This document shows, one piece after another, positions 13,140-24,521 of a DNA stretch of 64,000 nt (position 1 is its first letter; each line of letters opens with the position of its first letter). The notes below the pieces were generated by a model. That model made no database searches and was not told where the DNA came from. It saw nothing but the letters and a program-made list of their open reading frames with translations. The DNA is from Nemertoderma westbladi (Eukaryota > Animalia > Xenacoelomorpha). Location: contig JAUCBJ010008381.1 in the NCBI GenBank assembly GCA_032718475.1, forward strand, positions 6,157-70,156. Direction: 5' to 3'. Both the position numbers and the translations under genes were made by a program.

Positions 13140-13437
13140 AAAGTTCATCTATCCCATCATAGTAGACATGTACCGAACAACAAGAGTCCCACAAGAAATG
13201 AAAACAAATAAGTTGGTGCCAGTTCCCAAGAAGGGCAACCTAACACTCTATGGTTCTTTTCGGGGAATCTTATTGATCTCGATTGCTGCAAAGCTATACA
13301 ATAGGATTCTATTAAATCGCATCAGGGATCCCATTGAGAGACTGCTCCGTGGAAATCAGAATGGGTTCCGTAAAGGTCGTGGGACCATGGAGCCCATTTT
13401 GGCACTTAGAAGGATAATTGAAGAGCTTATCAAAAAA
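13140..13437 (+). mobile_element. Internal fragment of the RTE family
   Basis: Near-identical to the reverse complement of ~37863-38160 (MYRTTRVPQEMKTNKLVPVPKKG...). Confidence 0.9.
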
Positions 13438-14112
13438 GTTGTTGACTTCTCAAAATGTTCCAGAATATGGTTCCACATTTTGTGTCTTCTCTCTATATAC
13501 TACAACTACACTATATAGCCCAGAAGGTGACACAGATTCATATATTGCTCTATTGTTTTATATTGGTAGCCCTCCGCCTCCAGGGTGACTGACAATGTAT
13601 TCAGCATGCCGCATACATAGTAATCCTCCCTCGACTGGGTGTTTTGCATCCTAGATACATGGGGGAAGACTAGGAATGGTGCTAATTATATTAATTTATT
13701 TAATAATCATATCGTTTGTCTTTTTATTTTTAGAATTTTCAACATCGTGATTGGCTCAAGTTTTACCTGCTGCTTTACAGCTGTTAGCTATTAACTCATT
13801 TTGCTCCAATAATTAATTTATTTCGTTTTATTTTTAGCCCCTTGGATAATAATACAAAGCCAATCAACAACGTAACCCAAGGAAACGGTAACTAAGCAAC
13901 AACGTAATCACACGGATTCCGTAACTAAGACATGCCGTACTCGGCAAGATGACGTTATGGCAAGGAGAGTCGTTGGTGCGAATGAATATTAAATCGAAGA
14001 AGAAATAACTTAGCGATATTAGTGCGTGTAGAACCCCTGCCAGACACAATAGTCCCACTGAGGACTTTAAGTCCACTCAGGTTAAAATAGTTAGTTATTT
14101 TTTTGGCATTTT

Positions 14113-14205
14113 ACAAGGTGTTCTAGAACTGAAAAGCCATGTAGCCGTGTGGGACTGGCAGTCCCGTACGCGGTTTCATGGCCTTTTAGTTCTAGAACGC
14201 CTTGT
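14113..14205 (+). other. 93-nt imperfect hairpin
   Basis: ACAAGGTGTTCTAGAAC...GGGACTG pairs with CAGTCCC...GTTCTAGAACGCCTTGT. Confidence 0.75.
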
Positions 14206-16265
14206 CCTTTGGTTATTTTATTTTAGTAACCACAGAAACTAGCTACCAATGGAACCCATCATTATAACTTTAAACTCATTCCCCATTGTGCTGTTACAAT
14301 AAGCCCCACTATTTGTTGGTTAATTCTCCTGTATATATAATATAATTACCATGGCAACAAGGTTGCATTGTCCACGTCAATATGAATTGTTACTCGTTTT
14401 TTCTACTTTTTTTTTATTGTCCGGGCGCTCCAAGGCTCATTTTATTATCCGCAATTTTAAAGCGCTAAATATTTATTGGGGCATAAACATATTACTTTTT
14501 ACTAACGTTGGTTTCATGTGTGAAAACATTTTGTATATTCGCTGTAAATGTTTTCCATTGCATATTAAATGGTTTTATAAATTTAATTAATTTTACACTG
14601 AAAAAAAACGATTTGTTGGTTTTTTTAATAAAACCAAGAGTTTCTTTTATTAAACCTGGGATTTAAATCATGAACCAATGGTTTTAAATTATCCAATTTT
14701 ATAACTTAAAAAAAGACAAAAAAAGTTTAAAAAACTAATTAATTCTTATAATCGTTCTGTTATATAAAACCTCAGATTAAATTAGATAAAATTTAATTAA
14801 TTTTAAATGTTGGAATTCTGCGCAATGAGAAAACCATTAGTTGAAAAGTTAACATTTTTTTACATTGAGCAGAGCACAACCATAAATCCCATTAATTTTA
14901 CTTATATCGATAAATATATTTGTTAATGGCCCCTAACAATAATCCAGTGTCTCGATCCGTATATAACATCGATGTGCCTTTGTCTTGCATCATTAGTTTT
15001 TCGAAAATGTGGTAGTTGGATCAGAAAGTTTCGAGTTCGAATCCCACTCGAGGTATTTATACCGTCACGTTAAACTAACAGTTGATAAAGTAAAACGAGT
15101 GGTTTGTGCTAAAACGAAAATGACTTGTGGTTTGAACATTTTTTGTCTTAAAAAAAACTGTTGGTATACTTGGTGCATTTCTAACTCTTAGGTTACTTTC
15201 GAAACCAAATTTGATTTTCGTAAATAACCAAGAGTTATAAATTCACAAAAAAAAAGAATCTTAAATGGTTTTTTCGGAAAGAACCAACGTACGTTTTTTT
15301 TTCAGAGTTAATTGTAGGATATTAAAGTGAAACGTGGTTTGGGTCACCTAGATATTTCTAAAAAATACAGGTTTATTTACGACAATAAAGTTCCAATAAT
15401 ATGGTCTAATGATTTTGTGGTAAATGATTTTTTAAAGTGTGTCAGTATGGCTGTCTCAGGCTCACCTAATTTACTAATTACTATATGGAATCTAACATAC
15501 CCTAGTAATTAACTCCCCTGGCTGTTGGCCCTTCTATTTGCTTATTTAATTGGCTTATTGATCTGAAAACAAAAGCAGTATTTTTTCTAAAATCCAAATA
15601 TCTTTTTAAGATTTTTATTTTTAACCATTCTTTAAAAAGGAATTTATAGTCTAAGGCCTCATGTGATTGTAGTTGTTATAATCCATTTTCTAACGACTAA
15701 AAATGTTATACATTTAATAGTTATGGTCTTTATTTACCTCACTGTTAGCATGGTAAATAAAATGCCCTAATAATAGGGAGAAAAAGTTCTACTTTTTTTC
15801 CCAACTAATAAATAATTATTATTTTTTGAAGTTTTTTTATACCAAACAATTTAGTGCTATGCTATTACGGTACCATATAGTAATTGGTAAAGTTGTTTGT
15901 AGTTTTGTTATTTTTTTTGTGTTATTGTATATAAAGTCTTTCAATGATCTTTCTCTTGTTTAGAGCTCGTGTACACATAATATTACGTATCTGCTTTATT
16001 AATAAATATAATTTGTAGAAATCACTGATTACAAACAATATTTTAATATTATCTGTAATGTTTGTTTGAAACCGTTTGACAGTTTGAAACGTGTTAACAT
16101 GGGTTCTTCTGGGGACTTACGGAAAGGTATGAAAAAAAAATAATTATGTAAAAAACAGAGCAGAGAGAATCTATGTATCGAGTGAGCGCAGCGAGGGTGG
16201 TTTACGTAAATAAAGAAAGTCATTTAATGCTGAATAGTCTTTTTGAAAGTATATATAAAGTGTAT

Positions 16266-16370
16266 GACGGTTTAGTTCAGATGGTTCAACAACGGCAGAC
16301 CTGTAATCTATTGGCTTTAGGTTCGACCCCCGCCATGGCCTCACTCAGCCTTTCATATAGCCTTTCAGCT
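16266..16370 (+). mobile_element. tRNA-derived SINE head (copy B of 1157-1260)
   Basis: Same A/B boxes and ACTCAGCCTTTCAT motif. Confidence 0.6.
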
Positions 16371-17176
16371 TAGGTAGCTACCTATACCTAAGGTAGCTAC
16401 CATTTTCTTCATCTTGTTCCGGTGTCTCATCACCAAGATCAAGCCAGTGCTGTATGTTTATAGTTTCAATAGCTTGCTCCAAAATATCATGGTCACGTTG
16501 ATCAGGAAAATAGCTTTCAAACAGTAGCCGATTATAGTTTGTCATTGTATTTGTATCACTTATAGCAGATGACCAATGACCTATACCTTAGGTAGCTACC
16601 TATATCTTAGTAGCTATCGAAAGATGAGCCTTTGGGTCACCTCCGTCTGTTTGCTTTGCTTGTGGAGCTAGCCACGAAGTAAGGTGAGCCGCAGCGTAGG
16701 GGTACCATTAATGAACCGTTGGTTCTGTTGTTCTGTCGCTCCCAATATTTAGACGTTCGATCATTTCTCGATGTAATGTAACCATAATTGGTACACAAAT
16801 AGTCTGTCAAAAATTTAAAAATTTCACAAGCCTCCAAGAAGCGAAGCTAAGTTAATTAATTAGTTAATTATTAAATAATTTTGTGCTTAAAAATTATAAC
16901 ACTGTAATCCACATATCCCATTGCATTATAGTTTTTTAAACATGCTGGTTGCAAAAAATGTGGTATTGAAAAATAAAAATGGAAAATGACGGAGGAGTAG
17001 TCTTTTCAGTGAAATTTTTAAAATCTGACGCAGGCCGCTAGGGGGCGCAAAAGGTTTTTTTTTTATTTTTTATGTACTTTTGATGATTCTCTTTTCGATG
17101 GTATATCGTTTTCTATGCATTTTTCAACCACATTGAAGACGCATTTAGGCCTACAAAATAAAAAAAACCGTAAGGG

Positions 17177-17380
17177 GGGCTGGCATTGAAGATGCGGAGA
17201 ATCTCGCGAAAGTCATGAGGGATATGGAGTTGTGGCGGTGCAACTTTGTTGATAAGCCGTTGATAAGCTCTGTATTGGGCTTGTCAATTGTGGATTTCAT
17301 AGTGGTGGCAAAATACTTTTGTTAAGCCGATAGCATATCAATGTTCAGTTTCAATGCAGCAGGCCGAATTTAGTAGTAGT
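17177..17380 (+). mobile_element. Old RTE 3' fragment (copy B of 1838-2050)
   Basis: Same RTE C-terminal coding remnant and (TAG)n tail. Confidence 0.75.
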
Positions 17381-17599
17381 GCCTTTGGGTTGGGATGCAG
17401 ATTAAAATGGCAGGAACACTTTAAATTTTGATTCAAATATGACTTAATAAATATCATTTTTACTAAAAATTACACCGAGGCTTTACTACACAGTTACGCT
17501 AGACACAAAACCCAATGATGCACTTTATTATAAATTTATTTCCATCACCTAATAACTCCAAGTAGTACTCATGCGAACATAGTTTATTGGAAAGTTTAT

Positions 17600-18291
17600 T
17601 TAGTTACAAAGATCTTCATTGCAGAAACGGAGGCTGCAGTTGTCTTTGCAGGTCGATTCAGCATATCTGCATTGGTTTTCACAAACATGACGATTTACAT
17701 ATGCCATCAAGGACAAACGATCATCTGTTATTTCAATTTCGTCCATAAGTTCCCTTGTTACGCAAACAGGAGTTCTCGTGATCCATCCTACGGTTGTTGT
17801 CTGAATGAAATAAGAATATTTGTTACATTACCGTTAGTGTAGCTATATAATAATAATAATTGTATATTATCTATATTTTTTGACGATAGTCAGCTGATTG
17901 GTAGGTTTCGTACAACCCAAGGTCTCAAGAGTCATACCCGGAAAATGACAATATAATTTATTAAGTCCTAAAGTGAGACATAGAATCAGGGGTAATCAAT
18001 TGAAATTCGTCAAACGCGTTTCTACTTGTTAATATTATTAACTGGGGTGCTTGTGTGTGTGTCGGCTAAATACATTTCTGGTGTTAGCTGAATCGGTGAA
18101 ACTGGGTGTTGTTTAGAAGTTTGCCAGGCCCGCCATTTATTCTTTTACAGTACAGACACTGTGTGCTCGCTTACCGCGCAAATTAGGCAATCTTCCATAA
18201 CATCTAGGCTTTCTTCGCGCGTGTCTAAGTGGTTGCACCTCAAACTGTATCCAACTACAACAAATGTTGCAAATACCAACAATTTCAACAT
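17600..18291 (-). CDS. Secreted 10-Cys Ly6/uPAR (three-finger)-like peptide, paralog B, 105 aa; exons 18291-18175 and 17800-17600
   Basis: MLKLLVFATFVVVGYS|LRCNHLDTREESLDVMEDCLICA ^ TTTVGWITRTPVCVTRELMDEIEITDDRLSLMAYVNRHVCENQCRYAESTCKDNCSLRFCNEDLCN*; same GT-AG sites and poly(A) signals as paralog A. Confidence 0.85.
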
Positions 18292-20082
18292 TTTCACAGA
18301 ATTTATTTATTTGTAACCACACAAATTTGAAATCAAAATAATTTATTTAAACAAAAGATTGGGGAAGTCGAATATTCAAAATTCTGAAAAAAAATTCGAA
18401 ATAAAAAAAATTCGAAATTTTGAAATAAACCCTATCTGAATCTTTCCCACAATTTTGCACAAGAATATTTCATACCCTAGCTAGGCACACTGACAGCAAT
18501 AAATTGTGTAATATTGCACAATATCGAACACCAGCAGATTGTATACCAAGGGTTCCGATCTTTTATTTCCCTTCAATTTGTTTCACGCTTTATTTCAATG
18601 TACCTAATTATATGAAATAAGACAAATTATTATATTATTATTATGTACTGTATTTGCAATTTCAGCGAATTATAAATTTTAATATCAAAAACATATAAAT
18701 ATAAATACTTAACACACAAGATAAGCACGCAATAGCAGACAATATTAAACAGGATCCAATACATACAAACCAGTCTATTTCTTTATATGTATAGTAATGA
18801 TTTTTAAAGAATGTTTAGACTTTGCGAGACTTTCCTGTTAACAAAGTTAAAAGATTTCCTCAGAAATAAGCAGACTAGTGTGAGTGGGTATAGTTAACCG
18901 TATCTACTGTATATATATTATAAACTGTACAGGCCAAAATACTACAGTAAGACACGTGGAGTGTGTTGGACAGACCAACTGTACACTATGTAGGGTAGGT
19001 AGGTAGATACTCTACTGTATGTACGAAAGACATTGTCTACAGTACAAGTGTGTTGAACGAACTATAGAACTGAATGTGCAGTATAAACTGTTGGAAACCT
19101 TATCGGGTGGCAGGTGTCTGAGTTATTTAATAATCGTAAATTATTATCCGAGGCTGCAATCTCGGCGCAATTCTATGTTGCAACAAACTTATATAGAGTA
19201 ACGAGTGCTTATCGATATATTGGTACTGTATATACAGTACACGTTCGTGGGGCCATCGAGCAGGACGAGGCTTAGTTATCAGATACAGATTAAAATTGAG
19301 CGACTGTATCAAAAATTAGGTTTTGAGAAATTTACCCACACCACCAACCAATCAAAGAAAGGGGGACAGTACGTGTTCACCCCTTTTAATCTGCACCCCC
19401 CCCCCCCCCCCCCCACCCTTCCCTCCCACCAGTACTTTATAACTACGCAGTAGGCAGTACTCGTCTTCATTATTATAAACGTCGTTGTGCTCGTTCTGTT
19501 TTGTATTTAAACATATTTCCTAAACGCAAACTGACGGACGATCTTTATAACTACCGATGCCTTTAATAGGCGAAGCCAGGTATGGTTAATAGGAATATAG
19601 TCTACACAGTACTCGTCTTCATTATATGCCTCGTTGCGCTCGTCGGTCGTCCTGTTTTGCATTAAAATATTTTTCCTAAACCAAGACTGATGACCTTTAT
19701 ACAGTTATAAATATGCAAAGTTTCGAAACTGTGCGAGTAACTGCTGATACATCTATGTGGAGAAGTGTGATACAACGCCAACGCATCGTATGCCGATGTA
19801 GTAATGGGTATTGAAATAATATTAAATCAATGTACACTCTTAAAGCTGCAGCGAAAAAATGTAGATAATTTCCTAGGTTACATATAAAATAATAATATTA
19901 TTTTTAAGAACATTAATTTTACTACTTTGCAAAAATTCAATTAAAAAATAACCAGACAAATATTGCGGAATATACTATTTCAGATATAAGCCTACAACAG
20001 TCATTATATCTTCTGTCATCTGAGATAGTAAGTAATACAACATTTATAGTATAGAGTCAATAGGAATTGAAATACAGGCAGT

Positions 20083-21370
20083 TGTACGCGCTTTTGAAGA
20101 CCTTTAGCAGTTTAACCTGCCAAAATTTATATGTCTTTTGGTTTATAAATATACTTTAGAAGATGACAAATATTTAATACCAATAAACACAACATTAGCA
20201 GAAGCCAGCCTAGTGCGCGTCCATTCACCCGCTGGATATTCCCGGGAGACTGGATTCTGAGGGCTTAGATTATTATTGCAGTGAAGCTTACTGTATTGTA
20301 TTATTCGATTGATCATTAATAATTAATTTCTGACTAATATTATTTACTTTCGGGAAATATTAACAGTTCCTTTAGGACGTGGCGCTCTATCTAAGTAAAC
20401 AGAGATATGACTTATACTAATCACAACGGTAAGTCGGTAAGGCTTATGATTCACGTATGAGGCGCATTCTTTAGGAAATGCTTAGTTATCAGCCACAATC
20501 ATGCACACTACCGGTAACGCACAATACTGCTCACTAATTTGCCGACCGTCAATGAATTTTATCATATATAAAGAGAATAGCAACGGACTCATGTAGGGCT
20601 TATCAAATAGCATTAAATTCAATACACACCACAATAATATAAGTCGCAATCGCTATATATATAACCCGCCTCTCTAACCTGTAGTGTATCAAGAAAATTG
20701 GGAAATTTGGGTTCTTTATAAATGTTCTCCAAATAATATTCAATCCACTGATATAAGATATGACAACAGTAAAAACATTAAGACGGTAGGTTAAGATATG
20801 ATATGAACAGATATGTACAGCGATATGCACTGATATGGACCGGTATGTGATTTGCACCGATAACAGTTATACGCTCTATAATCTTCAGCCTACTAATGTT
20901 TCTTCTAAAGTATGAAATGAATTGACTCTAGAGCCGTTGTTCCTGGCCTAGACAGCAATAACAACAAAGTATCAAGTAAAAACAGTAAGACTGAACACTC
21001 TCCTTATGATCGGCCGAAAAGCTACACGTCGACAGGAAAAATCGCTCTGATTGGCTCAAGCCAAACAAAGAACCATGCGTCCAATGGCTGTTTCCATGTC
21101 AGCAACCAGCTGTTAGATGTCGTAATATGAATCATCACGGCTAAGCTGTGAAAGGTATTTGGTGCATTGTAGGTTTTTTGCCTTACCATGTCCGCCAAAA
21201 CACGTATATAGCAGAATGACTTTTATGTCCGTTAAAACACCTATAACGGTACCTTGCGGGCGAGGGGAATATATATACAGTTAGAGAACCTTTTAGAGTA
21301 TTCCAGCGCCTGGGGGGGAAACTGGATTGCGAAGCAAAGGGGCCAGTTATATCCCACAGAAGCTTTTACA
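20083..21370 (-). repeat. 3' LTR of BEL element 1
   Basis: No differences seen versus 30996-32283; preceded on the sense strand by short PPT-like CTGGGAGCGG. Confidence 0.95.
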
Positions 21371-21448
21371 CCGCTCCCAGAAAATGGGATTTGAGTCTAT
21401 AAAATATACAAAATCACAGTTTCTAATATACGTAAATACTCTAAACAG

Positions 21449-22342
21449 TTAGTCTTTCTTGCGCGGACGGCGTTTACGCAGTTTTTTAAAGTTAGCCAGA
21501 GTCCTTTTCTCTTTGGGGCGAGCCACTTTACAAGGAGGGCTATAACTCCGGGGTGAAGGGTGCAATATGATTGCATCAGAGGGTGTAGGATTATGGTCGG
21601 TGTATCCGCCAGTCGAAGTACCGGGTTGATTGACATCGACGTCAGGGGAGAGGGGTCTAACGGCTTTGAGAGCTCGTTTCAAGACAGCCGCTCTTACGGG
21701 TCCTTTACGAGTGGTCTGAACGAGAGCCTTGGGTGGACCATAGGCAGTCAGAAACCTCCGGGGTTTAATGGTTCTTTCCAACTCGCGTTCGAGGGCTCGG
21801 TATTCGTAAGGCCGCCGATATACTTCCTGTAACTCGGGGTGTGAGTTAACAAATAAGCCTCCATAGTCCGGGTCCTGACGGATATAATTGATTAAGCTAT
21901 AGGAATGAAGGTCGCTAGGATTAACACTCCTGAGAAATTTACGTACGAACTTGGTTGAAATACATTCTCCGACGCGCTTCAGTAGTTCGTAACTTGATAT
22001 GCGTGATTTCTGTTCGACAGAAGCGAATAGATAAGGATGGAACGCATAAACTCCTTCGTAAGCGCGTCCGGGATAATAGCGATGGCGCGAATCACAATGT
22101 AAATCAGCGTTCGCTTCCCAAGCTCTAATGTAACGTAGTGTGATCATTTCATCTACGCTTTCCAAATCGTGATTAAACGGGCAATCGAAACTGGCGTGTC
22201 CCTTTAGTTGACAATGGTGACATTGAGTCATAAATTGAGGGCAAACCGCAAAAATATGCAAATTATTAAATATGCAATACGCGCAATAAATTTCCATCGC
22301 CGGTTGTTCGTGGAAATAGGAACAGCGGACGTTTGTGTCCAT
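21449..22342 (-). CDS. Accessory ORF of BEL element 1: zinc-knuckle protein with basic C-terminus (297 aa; frame open to ~22498)
   Basis: CHHCQLKGHASFDC (CCHC), CAYCIFNNLHIFAVC and in-frame upstream CRLCASRDH; ends KKLRKRRPRKKD; C-terminal part homologous to 40129-40512. Confidence 0.7.
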   Translation of the reverse strand: MDTNVRCSYFHEQPAMEIYCAYCIFNNLHIFAVCPQFMTQCHHCQLKGHASFDCPFNHDLESVDEMITLRYIRAWEANADLHCDSRHRYYPGRAYEGVYAFHPYLFASVEQKSRISSYELLKRVGECISTKFVRKFLRSVNPSDLHSYSLINYIRQDPDYGGLFVNSHPELQEVYRRPYEYRALERELERTIKPRRFLTAYGPPKALVQTTRKGPVRAAVLKRALKAVRPLSPDVDVNQPGTSTGGYTDHNPTPSDAIILHPSPRSYSPPCKVARPKEKRTLANFKKLRKRRPRKKD

Positions 22343-22519
22343 GGGTGTAACATGGTCTCTCGATGCGCATAACCGACAACGTTGCCGAGAAACATAGTTG
22401 GCATGGCGATAATCGTACGCAGTGAGACACTGTGGACCTTGATACCATTCTAGGATGTAATCGTTGTCGCTGTTCCGGGCGCGATAGGCTGAATCTCCTC
22501 AGATTCTAGGCATATTGGT

Positions 22520-22897
22520 TCATCTTCCCAGTCTGTTACGAATAGAATTTTCGTGATCTATTCTCGGTTTATCGTTCCGACTCCGCTGGGTATGATATTT
22601 AAATAGAACCATTTCCCTTTCGGTGTCTACATCGTCCGTATCATGTAAATCGATAGGATGGCCGGTAGTTAGGAAGTCCATATACGTACTATTACGATGC
22701 GTATAGCGCGCGGTGGATTTTCGATAGTCCAATTCACGCGCAAGTTGCTCTTGGGACATCAGCGGTTCGATATAACGACCATCGTCCTCCGTAATGGTTG
22801 GATCGGCTTCACCGCGTATTAAGCTATCCACAAATGCTTGCAAAAGTAGAGTATATCGCTCCTTGATACCAAGATCATCTTCTATCAACTCCGTCAT
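22520..22897 (-). CDS. Acidic 125-aa ORF inside BEL element 1, possibly the N-terminal part of the accessory gene
   Basis: Sense to the element, more GC-rich than the adjacent spacer, directly upstream of the zinc-knuckle frame; no recognised domain. Confidence 0.4.
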   Translation of the reverse strand: MTELIEDDLGIKERYTLLLQAFVDSLIRGEADPTITEDDGRYIEPLMSQEQLARELDYRKSTARYTHRNSTYMDFLTTGHPIDLHDTDDVDTEREMVLFKYHTQRSRNDKPRIDHENSIRNRLGR

Positions 22898-24521
22898 ATC
22901 TGCTATCTGAGTTTGTTAATATCGAAATGAGTTTATGTTTAGGCGAGCGGACGTCTCTGCCCACCTCTCTTTGCCCCCGGACAGTGGGATTCTCAGCGCC
23001 GATGTACCGTTGTCGCGGTGTTTACGCCAACATGTAGCAACATTACGACAACGATAACCGGCACAAGTCACTCCACTGTCCGTCCCAAAGGCTTGAATCC
23101 ACTTTAGGTTCTTTCTATAGGAGAGTTGGGTTACTTTCACAATTGCGACTAGCTACTGTAAACACACCTTAGCAGTAACATTCACCTACAAACGCACAAA
23201 TTCCACACAACTGTCACCAATTGTACACATACAGGCCATTTGTCCGTTAGTCAGTGCCTTCCAGAATGTCACGTTATTACTGTGTATCCTTGGATACTAA
23301 CAGTGTGCTATATTCTCTATGCTATGCAATGGGACAAGCTTTCTATTGTTCTTTTAACTTGCTTCTAATTCTAGCGTGGGTGTTGCTATGGTGACATTAT
23401 GGAATGCTAGCGGTAGAATTAGGGTAATTCTCATGCATACAGATCTGGGATGCTATTTAATAATAATTCTTTAATTGTCAATATCCTCTTTATGCATGAT
23501 TTTATTAATTTTATCGGCTATTGACTATATGTTGGAGATTCTCGCACTCTAATGCACTCAATAGGATGAATCTCCGCTCCCATGATCTATTAATTAATGG
23601 AATTTTGGGAATGTTATAAATTGTACAAAATGACAATTTATGAAATTCATTTAAAATATGAATTTAAATTTATTCCTGTGAATTTTATTATTTGATGTTA
23701 AAATTGACACAATTTTTATTCCAGAGCATGTCTGGGGACTGAGGATCTTTAATTCTATAAAATTGTCTTTTAAGAGTATCGGTAAGTGCTGCGATATCTT
23801 AATTGACTAGAAATTTTAAAGGATCCGAATTTTACAGATGTTAATAAATATTAAATTAAGATTTAAGATGGGCACCGATTTATTCCAGAACTTGTCTGGG
23901 GACGTTAACCACTGATTCTAGAATTTGTCTTTCAAGTATATCGGTGGGTGCCGCGATATCTTAATCGACTAGAATTACAGATGGTCAAAAGGTTTAACAG
24001 ATTTATTTGCGTTTTACGCTACTGTTATAGGGACATCACACTACTATATGTATTATTTAATATAAGGTAGAAGAGCAATATCGCACGAAGCAATGTCAGT
24101 GTGAAGAGGCAAGTCGTTTCCAAGGTCTACCCAGAGCTTGGTTTAGCTGAGACACGAGGATCTGAACTTTGCATTCCTAATACTCTGCCTACCAATAATA
24201 CTTGAACATAGTAGTGGCTTTATTGTACTTTAATAAGTACTGACATGTCATCTTACTATAGTCTCGCATTTATAATATAATACGGACAGTAAGGAAAGAG
24301 AAAAATAATTATTTCTTGCCGTCGCACTAAATATATTGTAAGTAATTAAATACGTAATAAACACTAATATATTGCACTAATTTACTAAATATTCTAAAAT
24401 AACATTCTACTAAATAAAATTAAAGAAAACGATTATAATAAAATTACATAATAATACATACATAAATATAAAATAAAAACAAATATAAAATGATATAGTC
24501 ACACGCCCACTCCATATGTTA

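Noticed and set aside
20460-20482. Match between BEL LTR (GCATTCTTTAGGAAA) and the reverse complement of the 63-bp satellite
   Set aside because: About 15 AT-rich bases with a gap; compatible with chance.
21449-22897. env gene
   Set aside because: No signal peptide or transmembrane segment visible; zinc knuckles and a basic tail instead.
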